A stretch of 64,000 bases of DNA from Lingula anatina (Eukaryota > Animalia > Brachiopoda). Below the pieces are notes generated by a model that was not told where the DNA came from, searched no databases, and saw only the letters and a list, made by a program, of their open reading frames with translations. Position 1 is the first letter of the stretch, and each line of letters begins with the position of its first letter. The position numbers and the translations under genes were made by a program. Location of the stretch: the NCBI GenBank assembly GCA_051362555.1, contig CM120643.1:20154848-20218847 (forward strand). Direction: 5' to 3'. Below, one piece after another: positions 1 to 10,430 of this stretch.

Positions 1-5
1 TAAGA

Positions 6-98
6 CCATGAATATAATTACGGTTAATCTATGCATACGGTTACTGTATAAGCCATGAATATAATCAGAGTTAATCTATGTATACGGTTACTGTATAT
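6..98. repeat. 47-bp tandem repeat, 2 copies visible
   Basis: ccatgaatataat...ggttactgtata starts at 6 and 53. Confidence 0.75.
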
Positions 99-427
99 CT
101 AGGTTACCATCTTGATCTAATATGTCTTTAGTGAGCATGATAGGGCTCCACATTTATGATCCATGCCTAATTACAAATGGCAATTCTTTCTGTTGTTTCC
201 GTTGTTTGTGTTAAGATGTGCAAGTCAAGAGGTTAATCATGCACATACAAAATAATTGCCAATTGCTTAAAATAATAGTTTTATGTAATGAAACCTTTCC
301 AATCAAGAACTGATTCATTAAAAATATATGCATTTACATAGTAAAAAAAGGTTGCTAGTGTGAAATCATACAAACCTGCATAAAATATTTTGAAGAGATC
401 ATTTTAAATTATGTGTTGTCTTTTCAG

Positions 428-492
428 CACGGAGTATGATACAGAGTTTTTCAAGCAGTTTGATGTGGTTCTGAATGCACTGGATAACAGAG
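428..492 (+). CDS. UBA2: UBA2 exon ([21 protein letters not shown])
   Basis: ttttcag acceptor, gtagt donor; E1 adenylation-domain ALDN motif. Confidence 0.93.
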
Positions 493-3400
493 GTAGTGTC
501 AACCCATTTTTGTGTGTTGCAGACATGCTGAAAACTTTTTTTAGAATGGCCAGACATTTGGACTGGCAGTAATGAAAAAATTGCCGAACCGAATGGATTT
601 TTGTCGTACTGAAAACCACCCTTTCGTTTGAGACAGATACTACAAGTACGATTAGGGTAGCTTACTTTGTTTGTGAATGTGATAGGTTTGAAATGGAAGG
701 GAAAAAAGCTTTGGCTTTCATATAATTTTATTAGTGAAGTATGTCCAATGATAACAGTAAATTCAAAATTGCAGCTCTTAAAACTCTTGTCGGTCCTTTG
801 GACTGACCAAGTACTATTTTTTTCCGGTCCAGACAAATTTTCCCGGTCATGACCGATCGGACCAACAGTTTCAGCATATCTGGTGTTGTTTGTTTTATTA
901 CAAAAAAAGGCTGATAAATTTATTAATCTGTACCTTAATTAGTGCACTGATTAATTGTTTCCAAACAAAATCTAGCTTTTTTCAGCTAGCTAGATTCAGA
1001 AACCCATTAGTTGCCCTACATTGTGTTTTGTCTGTACTTTGTTTGTCTGCCTGATTGTGTTTTGTCTGTTGGTCATAGGGAGTCACCATGATCTGTTTTC
1101 CTTACTCCAGCTGCACGTAACCACGTGAACAGGATGTGTCTGGCTGCAGACAAACCACTGGTGGAAAGTGGGACAGCAGGTTATCTGGGACAGGTCACAG
1201 TCATTAAAAAGGTATGTGACTACTGGTGGAGAGTGGGACAGCAGGTTATCTGGGACAGGTCACAGTCATTAAAAAGGTATGTGACTACTGGTGGAGAGTG
1301 GGACAGCAGGTTATCTGGGACAGGTCACAGTCATTATAAAGGTATGTGACTATTGGTGGAGAGTGGGACAGCAGGTTATCTGGGACAGGTCACAGTCATT
1401 ATAAAGGTATGTGACTACTGGTGGAGAGTGGGACAGCAGGTTATCTGGGACAGGTAACAGTCATTTAAAATGTATGACTACCCCATCTCTTTTGGCAGGA
1501 AAACAGATGAGTGTTGGACATTTGAAAGTAGATCAGAATGCTGGAAAAAGACGTGAAGAACTGTACTATAGATAGCTTGTTCTTTTTATTTTTTTATTTT
1601 ATTTACATTGTATTCTTGTTGCATTATTTTTGAAATGATATTTTTTCCAGGGTTTGACTGAATGCTATGAATGTCAGCCTAAACCACATCAGAAAACCTT
1701 CCCAGGATGCACCATTAGAAACACGCCCTCCGAGCCCATTCACTGCATCGTGTGGGCTAAACACTTGTTCAAGTAAGAAGAATAGAAACAATAAATCTGA
1801 GAAGAGCAGTGAAAAACAGTTGTCATATGATAAAAAAATGATTATTTTTCAAAAAGATTTCATAACTTTGTTATACTACGAACTTGAACTGTACTGACTA
1901 GCACACTTAGGAAATTTTTTGGCATTTTTTCATCGGTTCTAAATTAGGATGGTAAATGACATCAGTAGACATCCAAGCTTTCAGCTGTAACTACAACATT
2001 GTTAAAATTGACTGTAGAAAACTTAACTCACATTTGTTTAAATTTATATATTCTGTTAAAGTTTCAGTGAATTTGTTTTACATTGCAGCCAGTTATTTGG
2101 GGAGGCTGACCCAGATGAAGATGTTTCTCCAGATACAGAAGACCCAGAACTGGCAGGTAATGTTCAGATATGTGGAACAATGTATGTGACTGTGTGTGTG
2201 TGTGTACGTGTGTGTGTGTGTGTGTGTACGTGTGTGTGTGTGTTTGTGTGTGTGTGTGCATGCATGTGTTCGTGCTATTGAAAACTACTGCCTTAGTTAT
2301 TTAAGAATCATAAAATATTGAAGTGAATTAATTTGGTCATATGCAAAGGTCATTCAGCCCTGAACTATTTTTTGACCAAGCCTAACAACAATTGTAGATT
2401 TACAGTATTTTACTTTGTTGTTAACATTAATCATGTTCTGATAAGTGTATTAAGAATGGAGATTGTTTATACACATACAAAAAACCTAAGTCTGGAATAA
2501 CGTGTGTCAGAAGATAATGACTTTGATCCAGATAAAATATATTTGCACTAAAAATATGCTCTTGTAAATTTGCTGCAATTTTTTTTTTGCCAAATATGTG
2601 ATTGTTGTGAACCATCAGTGACTAGCCAAAGTGCTTGTGAATATGAAGTATGTATATCCACAGGGGATGCTGGGAAGCAGGCATTACAAAGTGAAGCCAA
2701 AGAAGACACTGTAGGAGGAATAGAAAGGAAGTCAACAAGGATTTGGGCACAGGAGACAGGATATGACCCCATGAAAATATTTAATAAGGTAAGTATCATG
2801 TGCAGGGCTTTTCTCAGGATTATGGGTACAGGCCGTCCAAAAGTTCCACCTGTAATTGCCTACAAAATTTCAGGGACTCCAAGTATGCCTAAGGCTGTCA
2901 TATTTCCAAAAAAAAAAAATTATAAGACCTCCAGCCATCTTTGAAAATATAGGCCGTCCGGTGATGATGGTAGCCATCGTAATAATGACTGGATGGTTCG
3001 ATGGGGAAAACCCTTGATCATATGTGACATACAGCGTGGTATTGGGGACAGGCAGAAAAAATCTTGTGCTTTGCACCTATTGTTGAGTACTCTGTTGACT
3101 TGCAAATCCTTTATGATTGAAAAAATTAATTGCATAATCAATAAAATTTTCTTTGTAAATACATTTGTAAGTCCTTTTTTCGAAGAATGGCATACATCAC
3201 TTCTGTGTACACTTATGGTGAAACTGCAGTTACTAGCACAGGTAGTGGTAACATCAGTTCTAGGGAGGGATCCAGAGATATTTTCTGACAATCTTTTAAA
3301 TTATCTTTGTTGATCTATCTTCCATTTTGGGCCGTCTTCCAACAGAAATATTTAGCTTCCCGTCGATGTAAACTTGAAAAATTCTGACAGTCTTACGGAA

Positions 3401-6400
3401 AACCCAGAAGATGGCCTTCATCCACCCCTTAGTTCAGTTCTAACAGGTCACTGTACTTTATTTAGTAGTGGCATCATTTCAGTTCTAATAGGTCAGTGTA
3501 CGTTATTGAGCACAATTACCCGTGGCATCAGTTTAGTTTTTATAGGTCATTGTACTTAATTGAATGCAAATAGCAGTGGCATTAGTTTAGTTTTTATAGT
3601 TCAGTATACTTTATTGAACGCAATTAGTAGTGGCATCACTTCAGTTCATATAGGCCAGTGTACTTTATTGAGCACAATCAGTAATGGCATCAGTTTATTC
3701 TGATAGATCACTGTACTTTATTCAGCACAGTTAATAGCGGGATCAGTTCAAAGAAATGTTACATACATTTAAGCATCAATAACCTGCTAGACTGGTTATA
3801 ATGCAGCCGTTCACATTAATGTGATGAACTAATTTATTCTCATATTTGATTTCCAGTTATTTCGTGATGACATTCATTACTTGCTGTCTATGGAGAGTCT
3901 CTGGAAGAAGAGGAGACCGCCTGAGCCCTTGGACTTTGACAGTCTGCCAAATACAGGTACTTCAGGGGTGGATTCAGGATCATTTGAAGGGGGGTTCTGC
4001 AGAATATTTTTAGTTTTAACCAAATGCTTATCTCAGCAAATTAACGATGTACCGCATAAAACCAACACAACATTTTCACACATTTTCTTAAGCCAGAGCA
4101 AATTGAAATGTCTTTAACTTCTTTCTAAGTGCTAAAGTGTCCTGTGATATACACTGCCACAGTAGTTCCTATGTACTTTGAATTAATTACTGTAGGTGGC
4201 AGTTCAGACAATATGAACCTCATCCATGACCAGAGGATATGGAGTGTTCAGGAATGTGCTGATATATTCAAACAGAGCGTAGACTTGTTGAAATCTGAAC
4301 TGCAGAAACAAGGGGATGCAGGAATCCTGGTTTGGGATAAGGTGAATAAAAAAACATAACCCTTGAGACTGCTTTTATGTGACATCAGAAAAATAGAAAT
4401 TCCAATCATGTGAACAAGCTGCCATAAGAAGGTGTTCAAATTGCATAAATTTATGTAAATTTTGATTTCAGGTTTCATTCTCTCTTTTTGAAGGACATGT
4501 TATTAATATAAACAGTATACAATATATGGCATAACACATTTAAAATGTTTTTTTTTAACAAACCATAATATATATTATTATTGTGAAATATAGGCAAAAT
4601 ATTACAGCATTTCTTTTAATGATTTATTTTTTAAGGTGTAGGAGAGATGTGCACTAATTATTAAAAGACGATTTATTCATTTGTTATCCAAAATAGAAGA
4701 TATAATTTTACTTTGTTTAATAAGTGGAATGATATATCAGAGAGAGAATGAGTCGCCTGGAATGTCAGAACAAGTACCACATGTAGGAGTTGGATTAGTT
4801 TGAGCATCAAGGAGTCCATTTAGCTGTATTACAATTACTGAATGTAGGGCTAATTTAATTGATTGATTTTTATCATTTTTCTGAATTTTTGTTTCTCTTT
4901 CTTTTTGTCTCTAGGATGAGCCTGCAGCCATGGATTTCGTGACAGCAGCAGCTAACATCAGGGCCTACATCTTTGGTATTCCTATCAAATCTAGGTTTGA
5001 TATCAAATGTAAATAACATCTTTTGTGTATTTTCTGTTTATGATTTTTGGTGACTAAAACCCCCTTTACACTGGACGGGGCCCTTTCTTTGTCCTTTATG
5101 TGATCATGAAACTGGCATTGCTGTGGTTATAGAAAAGAGGCACAAGCATTGCTTTGCTTGTAGAATGAATGCTCAATGATTGGCCAGTTGTTGGCACGTG
5201 AAGTATTATAATTTTTTTTTACTCTCAAACAGGGCCGTGTCCAGTCTAAAGGGGGCTTATATGAAATCTGCACGTCATTGAATAATCAAGTGATCACCAG
5301 ATACAATTTTTTGAAAGATCATTTTGTAAATGTGGATACTTGATTGGTGGAATTTGAAGTATTTGGTGAAATATAGCATTTCAAACATGTTTCAAAATGT
5401 CTTTGATCCTTGAAAAAGTAACAAAAAATTCTAACACAAAGCTAGGGGCTAGGTAACTAATTAAAAGTTACTAGGTTTGAAATCTTTGTTTAATGTTGAC
5501 ATTTAAAATGAACTTTTTTATTTCAGCTATGGCTGGCAATATTATACCTGCCATTGCCACTACAAATGCCATCATAGCAGGGCTGCTTGTCATGGAGGCG
5601 TTAAAAATCCTCTCTGGAAATATTAATGACTGCCGAACGGTGAGAAAATACAAAAAGTAGACTGTAAAAAAGCATTGTTATCAACATTTGCCTCTCAATA
5701 TTAAGCATTGACAGTTGAAACTAATGCAAAACAAAAAAGTAAATGTAATTTCGAGAGTTTTGAAGTATCTACGTGAACATTTGGTCACCATGTAATTTTT
5801 TTAAAAAGGCTGAAATAGCATATATCAAATTGACATGTACAGAACAAACTTTGTCATTTTTGGCTCTTTAAAGTAAAGAGTACATAATGAATCTTGTTTG
5901 AAACGGCCTTAAAAATTAAAATTTATGAAAAAAAATATTATCAAAGTAGCAGAAGAACTTAAAACATAAGGTTGGAAATAAGATACTGATGTTGAGTTTT
6001 TTTTCAATTTATCATTAATATGTTTAGAAAATGGAAGAAAAAAAATCAGTCTGGTTTTCTTCAGGTCTACCTCAACAGACATCCTAACTCCAGAAAGAAG
6101 CTGCTTGTTCCTTGTATGCTGGACCCCCCAAATCCAAAATGTTATGTCTGCTCCTCCAAACCAGAGGTCACCGTCAAGGTCAACACCACCTCCATGACAG
6201 TCAAATCTCTGGAGGACAAAGTAAGTACCAGACTCCATTCTTACACAGTTAGAGCACATTCAGAACAGCTGACTAAGAGATCGGTGGATCAAATATGGTT
6301 ACTAATTTAAAAGTTTGCTGTTTAATTTCTGATTAGACACTAAATAGATTCCCAACGGGGATTTAACAACAAGCATTCAAAGGGGTCGGCCATATTTGAT

Positions 6401-7493
6401 CTGTGGATCTATTAGTCCGCTGTTCTGAATGTATTTGAATGTGTGATTTGATTATAAATTCGTTAGGTTATAATTTTTGTATTTTTTGTTTCATTTTATT
6501 TATTATGTGTGTATGTTCAAAAATATCAGTAATATCTAAATATTACTGGAAAAATATAACAAATTGCCTAAAAACTTTATAGAATGCTTTTAATTTTCCT
6601 TGTGAATGCTGCTTGATTTAAAGTCTTAGTCTCAAGTTGCCTTTTAAATGACTGTATTTTTGCAGGTTATAAAAGGACAGTTTGGGTTGGTTGCACCAGA
6701 TGTAGAGTTAGATGATGGAAAAGGTACGTACACATGATTTGGAAAGAGGACCAAAAAGTGTAAAGTAGTTTATTTTCCAAAACAGCAGGTTCTGTCTTTC
6801 TGAAGAATCAAATTCTATACGTTTAAAAGTAACAAACTGTAGTAAAACTTACATATTTGGAAACTTTTAAAAACATTTTCAAAGCCATATTTTTCTGTCT
6901 TGCAGGGACAATTATTATATCCAGTGAGGAGGGGGAGACAGAAGGTGAGGTGGCGCATATGGGAAAGATATGACAGTTCAGGGTTGCCATTAGTGCACCC
7001 CTTTGAAACTTAAGACAAGTATTATATGCTTTTGTTTCTGTGTGGGAATTTAGCCCCCCCCCCCCCCCCAAAAAAAAAAAAAAAAAGAAAAAAAGAAATA
7101 ATAATAAATAAATAAATAAATAAATAAATTAGATAATAATAATAGGGTGAAATTCTGGTTGAATTGATATTTCCCTTTTTACACTACAAATAAAACCTTT
7201 TTTCACAATAATAGTGTTTTTAGCTTAATTTCAACATGTTTTCATATTTGGGACTTGTTTATCCAGCTGTTAAAGAAAATGTAAAAAAAAATCATTCACC
7301 CAGATTGAGATGGTAACACATTGTATATGCTGTCATATTTTATTTTCAGAGAATGCTGCAAAACCCTTAAGTTTCTTTGGAATCAAGAACGGCAGTCGTA
7401 TTAAATGTGATGATTTCTTGCAGGAATATAATCTCAATATAACTCTCCTTCATGTGTAAGTGACATTTTTTTGTCATCATTAGAATTAAGACG

Positions 7494-7526
<33 letters not shown>

Positions 7527-8935
7527 ATTGACATGTATACACCTGTTGATTTGCCAAGCCAAGTATGGAAAATAGTAAAACAGATGTTTCATGTTCTGGT
7601 TCATGATTGATTGAAAAAATATTACAGTACAACTACATTAGCTTCATGTTTCACAAAACATTTAGACCTCTTTTCATTTCAAATATTATGAAATATCAGT
7701 CTGTTATTTTGTCCAAAGTGATGATTCAAATCACTCTATTATGAAATGTCTAGTCTTTTGTTTTGTCCAAAGGGTTGATTCAAAACGCTCACGCTCAAGC
7801 TAGCCAAAAAAGAAAACAAAAAACAAAAAAAATTTCTGCTAAAAAACAAATTTTGGTAAGTAAACATGCAAGTTAAGTAATTAAAACAAAACGTGTCCAC
7901 TGGATTGTGTAGGTATTAGCTACCTTTGTCTCCTGAACTTAGGCTGTCATGAACAAACATTTTATTTTCATTTTGAAAAAAAAAATTATGTAACGCTATT
8001 AGATAAAAACCCACCAATCTTTCCATTTTCTTCAACAGAGATAAACTAGAAGAAGAGAAGGAGTTTGAAGTAGTAGGAGATGTCTCTGAAGTGCAAGCCA
8101 GAGCTGCTGAGGCATCTGCAGCAGCAGCAGCAGCAGCCACAACTGTGTCATCCTTTACTCCATCCAACACAGCTCCTGATAATAGTGCTTCAAACAATGG
8201 TCAGGGCCAAAGTAAGACTACCAGACTGAGTATAATTTAAGACTCGGGGGGGCCCAGTTTCATCAACATTTGATAGCACTATCCTCTGGATAACACTATC
8301 TATTGGATGAAATTGTTTCCTCCAGATGGTCAGTTATCCTGTGGTCAGTAATGTTTTCTAAATGCTAGAAACTTTTTTGTCTCAGATATTGTTATCCAAT
8401 GGTAAAAAAAAGGCTGCTATCCTCAGGATATATGTCCAGAGAATAAAATTTTATCCAATGGATAGTGTTATCCATAGAATAATGCTATTCAGTGTTGATG
8501 AAACTTGGCCCTGGCAGGATTTTAGTAAATAAAATGTGTATTCCAGTGAAAGTTGATTTGATATTTCATCTTATGATTTGTTTTCAATGATTTGTTTACA
8601 AGTGAATGCTTAATGACCATTGTACTGAACTGTATAACCATTTCTCTTAATTTTTTCCCAATAAATCATTCAAAACAAGCTAAATTTATAGTTATTAATA
8701 ACATGTCCATGGAAAATGAATATAAGATTAATGTCTCATTTTTTTACCAGCAGAGATTGATGATGAAGACGATTTAGAAATTATTGAAGATGAGGAAGAG
8801 GAAATGATTGTTGAAACAAGTGCTATATCTCGGAAACGTAAGGCAGATGAGGTTGAAGAACCAGCTTCGAAAAAAGCCAGAAAGTTGAACAGTGAACAAG
8901 ATAACGAAGATGATGACGCTATTGTGGTCCTATAA
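428..8935 (+). CDS. UBA2: SUMO-activating enzyme E1 subunit 2 (UBA2/SAE2), 5'-partial, 15 coding exons: 428-492, 1111-1211, 1651-1772, 2089-2156, 2664-2788, 3857-3956, 4196-4341, 4915-5008, 5527-5639, 6065-6220, 6666-6723, 6906-6944, 7350-7455, 8039-8211, 8751-8935
   Basis: Manual splicing at GT-AG boundaries keeps phase throughout. Translation gives [55 protein letters not shown] (catalytic Cys), [22 protein letters not shown] and an acidic tail with RKRK, all matching UBA2. Confidence 0.97.
520..882. mobile_element. MITE with 14-bp TIRs and 6-bp TSD
   Basis: cagacatgctgaaa ... tttcagcatatctg, flanked by gtgttg on both sides. Confidence 0.7.
1111..1211 (+). CDS. UBA2: UBA2 exon ([33 protein letters not shown])
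   Basis: ctccag acceptor, gtatgt donor; near-identical to UBA2. Confidence 0.95.
1157..1481 (+). repeat. 65-bp tandem repeat x5 comprising a UBA2 exon 3' end plus its donor splice site
   Basis: Units start at 1157, 1222, 1287, 1352 and 1417. Confidence 0.95.
1651..1772 (+). CDS. UBA2: UBA2 exon with Zn-binding CYEC and catalytic Cys ([40 protein letters not shown])
   Basis: ttccag / gtaag boundaries; active-site motif. Confidence 0.96.
2089..2156 (+). CDS. UBA2: UBA2 exon ([22 protein letters not shown])
   Basis: tgcag / gtaat boundaries; phase-consistent. Confidence 0.93.
2664..2788 (+). CDS. UBA2: UBA2 exon (DAGKQALQ...[19 protein letters not shown])
   Basis: cacag / gtaag boundaries. 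Confidence 0.92.
2803..3016. mobile_element. hAT-like MITE, imperfect TIRs, probable 8-bp TSD
   Basis: cagggcttttctc ... gggaaaacccttg; flanks atcatgtg / atcatatg. Confidence 0.5.
3261..3430 (+). mobile_element. ~170-bp CAGGGG-ended MITE (family A), 5-bp TSD agttc
   Basis: Homologous to 10471-10638, 31353-31522, 52416-52585 and 63084-63255. Confidence 0.8.
3431..3750. repeat. Degenerate ~57-bp minisatellite, about 6 copies
   Basis: Recurring ttcagttctaataggtcagtgtactttattgagcacaattagtagtggcatca. Confidence 0.75.
3857..3956 (+). CDS. UBA2: UBA2 exon ([26 protein letters not shown]...)
   Basis: ttccag / gtact boundaries. Confidence 0.93.
4196..4341 (+). CDS. UBA2: UBA2 exon (...[10 protein letters not shown]...ILVWDK)
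   Basis: tgtag / gtgaa boundaries; phase-consistent. Confidence 0.9.
4915..5008 (+). CDS. UBA2: UBA2 exon ([31 protein letters not shown])
   Basis: ctctag / gtaaa boundaries. Confidence 0.94.
5058..5258. mobile_element. Harbinger-like MITE
   Basis: TIR ccccctttacactggacggggccct / agggccgtgtccagtctaaaggggg. Confidence 0.6.
5527..5639 (+). CDS. UBA2: UBA2 exon ([28 protein letters not shown]...CRT)
   Basis: tttcag / gtgag boundaries; E1 IIPAIATT motif. Confidence 0.95.
6065..6220 (+). CDS. UBA2: UBA2 exon (VYLNRHPN...PPNPKCYVC...LEDK)
   Basis: ttcag / gtaagt boundaries; second Zn CxxC. Confidence 0.95.
6666..6723 (+). CDS. UBA2: UBA2 exon ([19 protein letters not shown])
   Basis: tgcag / gtacg boundaries; UFD domain. 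Confidence 0.9.
6906..6944 (+). CDS. UBA2: UBA2 39-nt exon ([13 protein letters not shown])
   Basis: tgcag / gtgag boundaries; ISSEEGETE is conserved. Confidence 0.9.
7350..7455 (+). CDS. UBA2: UBA2 exon ([34 protein letters not shown])
   Basis: ttcag / gtaagt boundaries. Confidence 0.93.
8039..8211 (+). CDS. UBA2: UBA2 exon ([14 protein letters not shown]...poly-Ala...GQGQ)
   Basis: aacag / gtaag boundaries; EFEVVGD is conserved. Confidence 0.88.
8247..8513. mobile_element. MITE with internal atcc..ggata repeats
   Basis: TIR ggcccagtttcatcaaca / tgttgatgaaacttggcc. Confidence 0.65.
8751..8935 (+). CDS. UBA2: UBA2 last coding exon (acidic tail, RKRK...KKARK NLS-like, ends DDDAIVVL*)
   Basis: taccag acceptor; in-frame TAA at 8933-8935; AATAAA at 9044, 9386 and 10124. 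Confidence 0.88.
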
Positions 8936-10302
8936 CCAGTATGAACTAGAAATGTTATAGACTACAGAAAGATGATTAATTTTATATTTAAAAGTAACAT
9001 TCTACAAGGACGTTTGTCGAATGGGGGGATGTAGACTGAAGTAAATAAAAATATATTAAAACTTCTATCAGATATTTTCTTTTCCAAATGATGGGCTTTA
9101 AATATGACAAACCAAAAGATATTTTTAATTTGAGCAGAAGGTTTGTCTGCCAGTATTAAGGTATGTAGGTTAGGTAGATTTTTCCCATTTCAAAGTATTA
9201 GAACAACTGTGCAAAACTGAATGTTATTATGAAAGTTTTTAATGAGGGCGTTCAGCCATTACCACTGTACTTGTGCAGTCTGATACATGATGGCATCACT
9301 TTGTCAAGAACTATATTTTCTTTGTTGCAATAATGATGACAGTTAAATGGTGAAATTATTAGAAATCTCAGTCTTTTTGAACTCGAATAAAGAGACCATC
9401 TCCATTCTGTGGAAGCCACTTGTACAGTGTATTGTTCTCTGGTCTTTGATGTAGTTCTGATCAGAGAAAATTATTTGTCATTTCCCATTTCTTTTGATCA
9501 AAAGGATGGGGGATTCCACAAGCAGGCATAAACAGAAAAAAAATTCCTGATCTCCCTTCTTTACCACCATCAACCTTATCCAAACCTGCAGAGAAAATTA
9601 ATTGAGATCCGTAAACCAGCTTTTGAGCTCTTTATTTGCAATTAGTACCATAAGAAATTAAAGTCAGAAAAGATGATTTTGAACACTTTCTACTGAACTC
9701 CATACAGCAGCCATTCAGAATGATCTGAGCATACACTTTTACAAAGTGGATGCTCAACCTCCACAAAATTGGGTTTGCAATAATGGTATTTTGGCATTTT
9801 TTGTGAAATCTCTATTTTTTCATCATAAGTGATGGTAAGAGTTTATCTTCATTAAGTTCCATTTCAGTTTACTGTAACCACAGCATTACTGTAACTAAAA
9901 TTCATGCTTTTAAGCAGAATGCAATGCTTTGTATATGTCTCTGTACACTGTTCTTAAAAGCTTGTATTTTCAGAAAAAAACCTTTTGCATTTCATTCTCT
10001 CTTTTTAACAAACATCTTTGAATGAAACGTTTGAATATATATCCGATTCTGGTCACAAAACTGCACATACACAGTACAGAAAGGCTAATTCTACTTAAGC
10101 ACTGACATCTGTAAACCAAAACTAATAAAAAAAAAACAAACTTATTTTCAAAGGGATTCCATGTTTTACCTTATTTTATAATAAGGATTTCTGTGGATTT
10201 TTCGTTAAATTCGCCTGATTCTGAAACTGCAAATTCAACTTGAAAGATGTGAAGGTCAGGCAGAACAGCGCCACAAATAGACAACAGGCAAATAAAACAT
10301 CT

Positions 10303-10430
10303 TTATCTGGTCGTCACTAGGGTCTTTTTGTACTTCATGTTAATAAAGGAGGTCTGGGCCTTTTTCTCCAGGGCTGCTAGTTCAGAAACTGTTGGTGCCA
10401 GCATTTCCACGTGACCTTTGTAACCACTCC
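10303..10430 (-). CDS. DDX1: DDX1 last coding exon ([42 protein letters not shown])
   Basis: tacag acceptor; TAA stop at 10305-10303. Confidence 0.94.

Noticed and set aside
399-836. 145-aa minus-strand ORF
   Set aside because: Antisense to a UBA2 exon and runs through a MITE; spurious.
1157-1481. CRISPR-like regular repeat array
   Set aside because: Units are contiguous with no unique spacers, derive from a eukaryotic exon, and there are no cas genes.
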